From assembly GCA_043809315.1 (NCBI GenBank), contig JAZDDX010000029.1, positions 47,250 to 111,249 on the forward strand: a stretch of 64,000 nucleotides of DNA. Reading direction: 5' to 3'. A program made the translations under genes and the position numbers. The notes under the pieces were generated by a model. It was not told the DNA's origin and did no database searches. It worked only from the letters and a program-made list of their open reading frames with translations. Below are positions 61,368 to 64,000 of this stretch, in pieces. Every line of letters starts with the position of its first letter. Position 1 is the stretch's first letter. Source of the stretch: Pseudomonadota bacterium. Lineage in GTDB: Bacteria > Bdellovibrionota_G > JALEGL01 > DATDPG01.

Positions 61368-61709
61368 GTGCGCACCGCCAAGAACTTCAGGATCGTTTTT
61401 TCCACCGTCGGAAATCAAACCAACGCGCTCAAGATCGCCCGGGCGCTCTTGTCAGCAAGGGCGGCCGCTTGCGTGAACATGGTCCGCGGACTCCGTTCGA
61501 TTTACCGCTGGAAAGGGAGAATTCAGAATGACGCTGAGGTGTTGCTAATCGTCAAGACGACGGTTAAGAAGCTCCCCGACGTCGAGAAGATCATCCGGAA
61601 GACGCACACGTATGAGGTTCCGGAGATCGTAAGCCTCCCCCTCGACCGGGGATCGGAACGGTATCTCCGGTGGGTGGAGCAGGAAACAACGAAGAAAGGA
61701 AGGTCGTAA
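61368..61709 (+). CDS. cutA: Divalent-cation tolerance protein CutA
   Basis: AACVN, SIYRWKG, HTYEVPEI. Confidence 0.94.
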   Translation: MRTAKNFRIVFSTVGNQTNALKIARALLSARAAACVNMVRGLRSIYRWKGRIQNDAEVLLIVKTTVKKLPDVEKIIRKTHTYEVPEIVSLPLDRGSERYLRWVEQETTKKGRS

Positions 61710-61711
61710 CT

Positions 61712-62752
61712 ATGCCGCGAGTTGGAATTCTGACCGGTGGCGGGGATTGCCCGGGACTGAACCCTGCCATTCGTGCGGTGGTTCGGACCGCTGCGCTCTA
61801 CAACTACGAGGTCATCGGTTTCCTCGGCGGATGGCGAGGTGCCCTCAAGAACGAAACGCGACCGATCACACTCGATCACATTGACGATCTCCAGATCAAA
61901 GGAGGCACGATCCTCGGAACGTCGCGAACGAATCCATACAAAGAGAAAGACCCGGTCGGATCGATCAAGAAGAGCCTCGCGGCGAACCACCTCGAAGCGT
62001 TGATCGCCGTCGGCGGGGAGGACACGGTCGGCGCCGGCGCGAAGCTGTTCGCCGATGGCGTTCCGATCGTCGCGATTCCGAAGACGATTGACAACGACCT
62101 CGATGCCACCGAGTTCACGCTCGGGTTCCCGACGTCGGTCGAGATCGTCTGCGAGTGCATAGATCGCCTCAAGACGACCGCCGAGTCGCACGATCGCGTG
62201 ATCGTGGTGGAGGTGATGGGACGGCACGCGGGATGGCTCACGACGTACGCCGGGATCGCCGGCGGCGCCGACGCGATTGCGGTGCCGGAATTTCCGATGA
62301 AGCTCTCGGAGATCATCGGGGCGATCGAGAAGGCGCGCGCCCGCGGGAAGAAGTACGCGATCGTCGCCGTGGCGGAAGGGGCAAAAGTGGTCGACGACAA
62401 CGGGAAGGAGCTCGAAAAGGCTTCGGCCCATGCGGTCGACTCCTTCGGTCATGTGCAGTTGGGCGGCGTCGCCGATCTCGTGAGAGACGCGATCCAGAAG
62501 AAGACCGGGTATGACGTAAAATCGACGATCCTGGGTTACATCCAACGGGGCGGAAGTCCGAGTGCGTTCGACCGGATCATCTCGACCGCCTTCGGCGTTC
62601 GCGCCATGCAGCTCGTCAAGGACAAGGAGTACGGCAAGATGCCCGCTCTGGTCGGCGGCAAGATCCAGGTCGTCAAACTCTCCGACGCAACGGGGAAGCT
62701 CAAAACGTTGTCGCCGGAACTGTACGATCTGGCGAAGGTTTTCTTTGGTTAG
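61712..62752 (+). CDS. pfkA: 6-phosphofructokinase (group III, probably PPi-dependent)
   Basis: TGGGDCPGLN, GGEDT, PKTIDND, EVMGRHAGW. Confidence 0.93.
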   Translation: MPRVGILTGGGDCPGLNPAIRAVVRTAALYNYEVIGFLGGWRGALKNETRPITLDHIDDLQIKGGTILGTSRTNPYKEKDPVGSIKKSLAANHLEALIAVGGEDTVGAGAKLFADGVPIVAIPKTIDNDLDATEFTLGFPTSVEIVCECIDRLKTTAESHDRVIVVEVMGRHAGWLTTYAGIAGGADAIAVPEFPMKLSEIIGAIEKARARGKKYAIVAVAEGAKVVDDNGKELEKASAHAVDSFGHVQLGGVADLVRDAIQKKTGYDVKSTILGYIQRGGSPSAFDRIISTAFGVRAMQLVKDKEYGKMPALVGGKIQVVKLSDATGKLKTLSPELYDLAKVFFG

Positions 62753-63134
62753 CTGGTTCGCCGAGCACCGGCAAACCGTTCTCATTACGCTCGCGATCAC
62801 CGCGGTGGTCCTGCCGCTTCTGCTCGGCATGGCATTGGGTCAGATCCCGAAACAGTTGTTCGTCGGGGGGGCGATACCGCTGGCCGCCGCAACCTTCGTC
62901 CTTGCGGTCGGGATCAGTCTTCTCAATCGGTATTTCAGTCCGTTCACGAAGCTCGTCGTCTCGCTCGTCTTCGGCCTGCTCTGGATTCTCGCGGGGATTC
63001 AAATGCTCCGCCTCGAACGCCGTCATGAAGCGGATCACCCCGAAGCGGTGCGGGGGAGAAAGATTATCAGCCTCCTGTTCATCCTCTTCGGCATCGCCTT
63101 CTCCGCAGTCGCGATCTATCGGCACCTGAGGTAA
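62745..63134 (+). CDS. Small integral membrane protein (about 4 TM)
   Basis: TTG overlapping the pfk stop; hydrophobic helices. Confidence 0.6.
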   Translation: MVSWFAEHRQTVLITLAITAVVLPLLLGMALGQIPKQLFVGGAIPLAAATFVLAVGISLLNRYFSPFTKLVVSLVFGLLWILAGIQMLRLERRHEADHPEAVRGRKIISLLFILFGIAFSAVAIYRHLR

Positions 63135-63151
63135 CCGGGTGACACCATACA

Positions 63152-63177
63152 TATTTCGGTCTCGGCAGACCGAAATA
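63152..63177. repeat. REP-like or terminator hairpin upstream of the RAYT gene
   Basis: tatttcggtct-cggc-agaccgaaata, perfect 11-bp stem. Confidence 0.6.
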
Positions 63178-63222
63178 CGGACCGTCCAATTGCTAAGAAC
63201 CGGAAATCCGGCCTTCCAAGCT

Positions 63223-63237
63223 TGGCACGTCTCATGC
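63223..63237 (+). promoter_or_regulatory. Putative sigma54 promoter
   Basis: TGGCAC-gtctc-ATGC, 14 bp before ATG 63251. Confidence 0.5.
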
Positions 63238-63250
63238 TCAGCCATGCGAC

Positions 63251-63850
63251 ATGCTGCGCCTTTTACGTGTCGTGATCCCCGGATTCCCGCATCATGTCAT
63301 TCAAAGAGGGAACCGCCGTCAGGCGACCTTCTTTCAACCCAGCGATTACAGAGAGTATCTCAATCTGTTATCGACGTGGTGCCGACATCACGACGTTCAG
63401 ATCTGGGCGTACTGCCTCATGACCAATCACGTTCACCTGATCGCCGTTCCCACGGATGTCGCGGGTCTCCGGAAAGCGATCGGAGCGGTTCACCGTCGAT
63501 ACAGGCATGGGTATCTCTTTCAAGGACGTTTTTCTTCGCGTCCGCTGGAACCGGCACACGTTCTCCGCGCCGCCCGGTACATCGAGCGAAACCCCGTTGA
63601 CGCGGGGATCGTGAAGCACCCGGGGGACTATCTGTGGAGCAGCGCTCGAGCGCATAGCACCGGTCAAAAGGATCCCTATCTGGACCCGTCACCCTACTTC
63701 GACGACCTTCCCGATTGGAAAAGCTATCTCACACATCCGCTTTTCGCCTGCGGGGTGTCAGGCGACGCACGAGTTCCCGAAGAGGGGGGGCCGGCTTGCT
63801 GTGCAGATACAGACTCAGCCCTTTCAGCAGATCTTTTTGAAGCCCCGTAA
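63251..63850 (+). mobile_element. REP-associated tyrosine transposase (RAYT, Y1 HUH), probably degenerate
   Basis: PHHVIQRGNRR, AYCLMTNHVH, FQGRF, RYIERNPV, WSS. Confidence 0.85.
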
Positions 63851-64000
63851 CCTGCTTGAACACTTCAGCGCGCGACACGAGCGGATCGAGGGCGAAACCG
63901 CACGATTCCTCCCTGAGCGTCGCTCCGGAGATTCCGATCAAGAGCCCCTCCCCCGTCACGCCGGAGTCGATCTCGCCCCCCAATTGGATCAGATCCGCGT
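63729..64000 (-). CDS. 3' end of a gene entering from beyond the window
   Basis: Reading frame is open to the window edge; function unknown. Confidence 0.4.
   Translation of the reverse strand, partial: ADLIQLGGEIDSGVTGEGLLIGISGATLREESCGFALDPLVSRAEVFKQVTGLQKDLLKGLSLYLHSKPAPPLRELVRRLTPRRRKADV

Noticed and set aside
1-64000. tRNA, rRNA, FMN riboswitch before ribD, integrase, reverse transcriptase
   Set aside because: No recognisable signatures by eye; a covariance-model scan would be needed to exclude them formally

Overview
64-kb chromosomal segment of a GC-rich bacterium. The gene set and order (PilZ protein, carD-ispD-ispF, leuS-holA-rpsT, rpsA-sppA-HIT, yceD-rpmF-acpP-fabF-rpiB-glyA, ribD-ribE-ribBA-ribH-nusB, prkA-yeaH-spoVR, rimI-pyrD-csp-cutA-pfk) suggest a former-Deltaproteobacteria lineage (Myxococcota/Bdellovibrionota-like; inference). 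The housekeeping backbone is interrupted by toxin-antitoxin modules (HEPN with an RHH-MNT fusion; HicAB; a small ORF plus nucleotidyltransferase), many orphan secreted proteins and lipoproteins, and a ~21-kb accessory block between glyA and ribD. The block has two parts. The first is an uncharacterised biosynthetic operon: two paralogous B12-type radical SAM enzymes, a SPASM/twitch radical SAM, four glycosyltransferases, a deacetylase, a methyltransferase, an ABC exporter and a 95-aa orphan. The second is four lipoprotein glycoside hydrolases: two GH18 from a gapless ~1.18-kb duplication and two GH5 mannanase-like enzymes, one split from its signal peptide by a 16-bp tandem duplication. Beyond the ORF track I found seven sigma54-type promoters, mostly ahead of orphan or secreted genes, two plausible small proteins, a 39-bp direct repeat flanking a structured 129-bp insert, and a degenerate RAYT transposase with a REP-like hairpin. 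No tRNA, rRNA or CRISPR array was seen. All family calls come from motif recognition by eye, not database searches.
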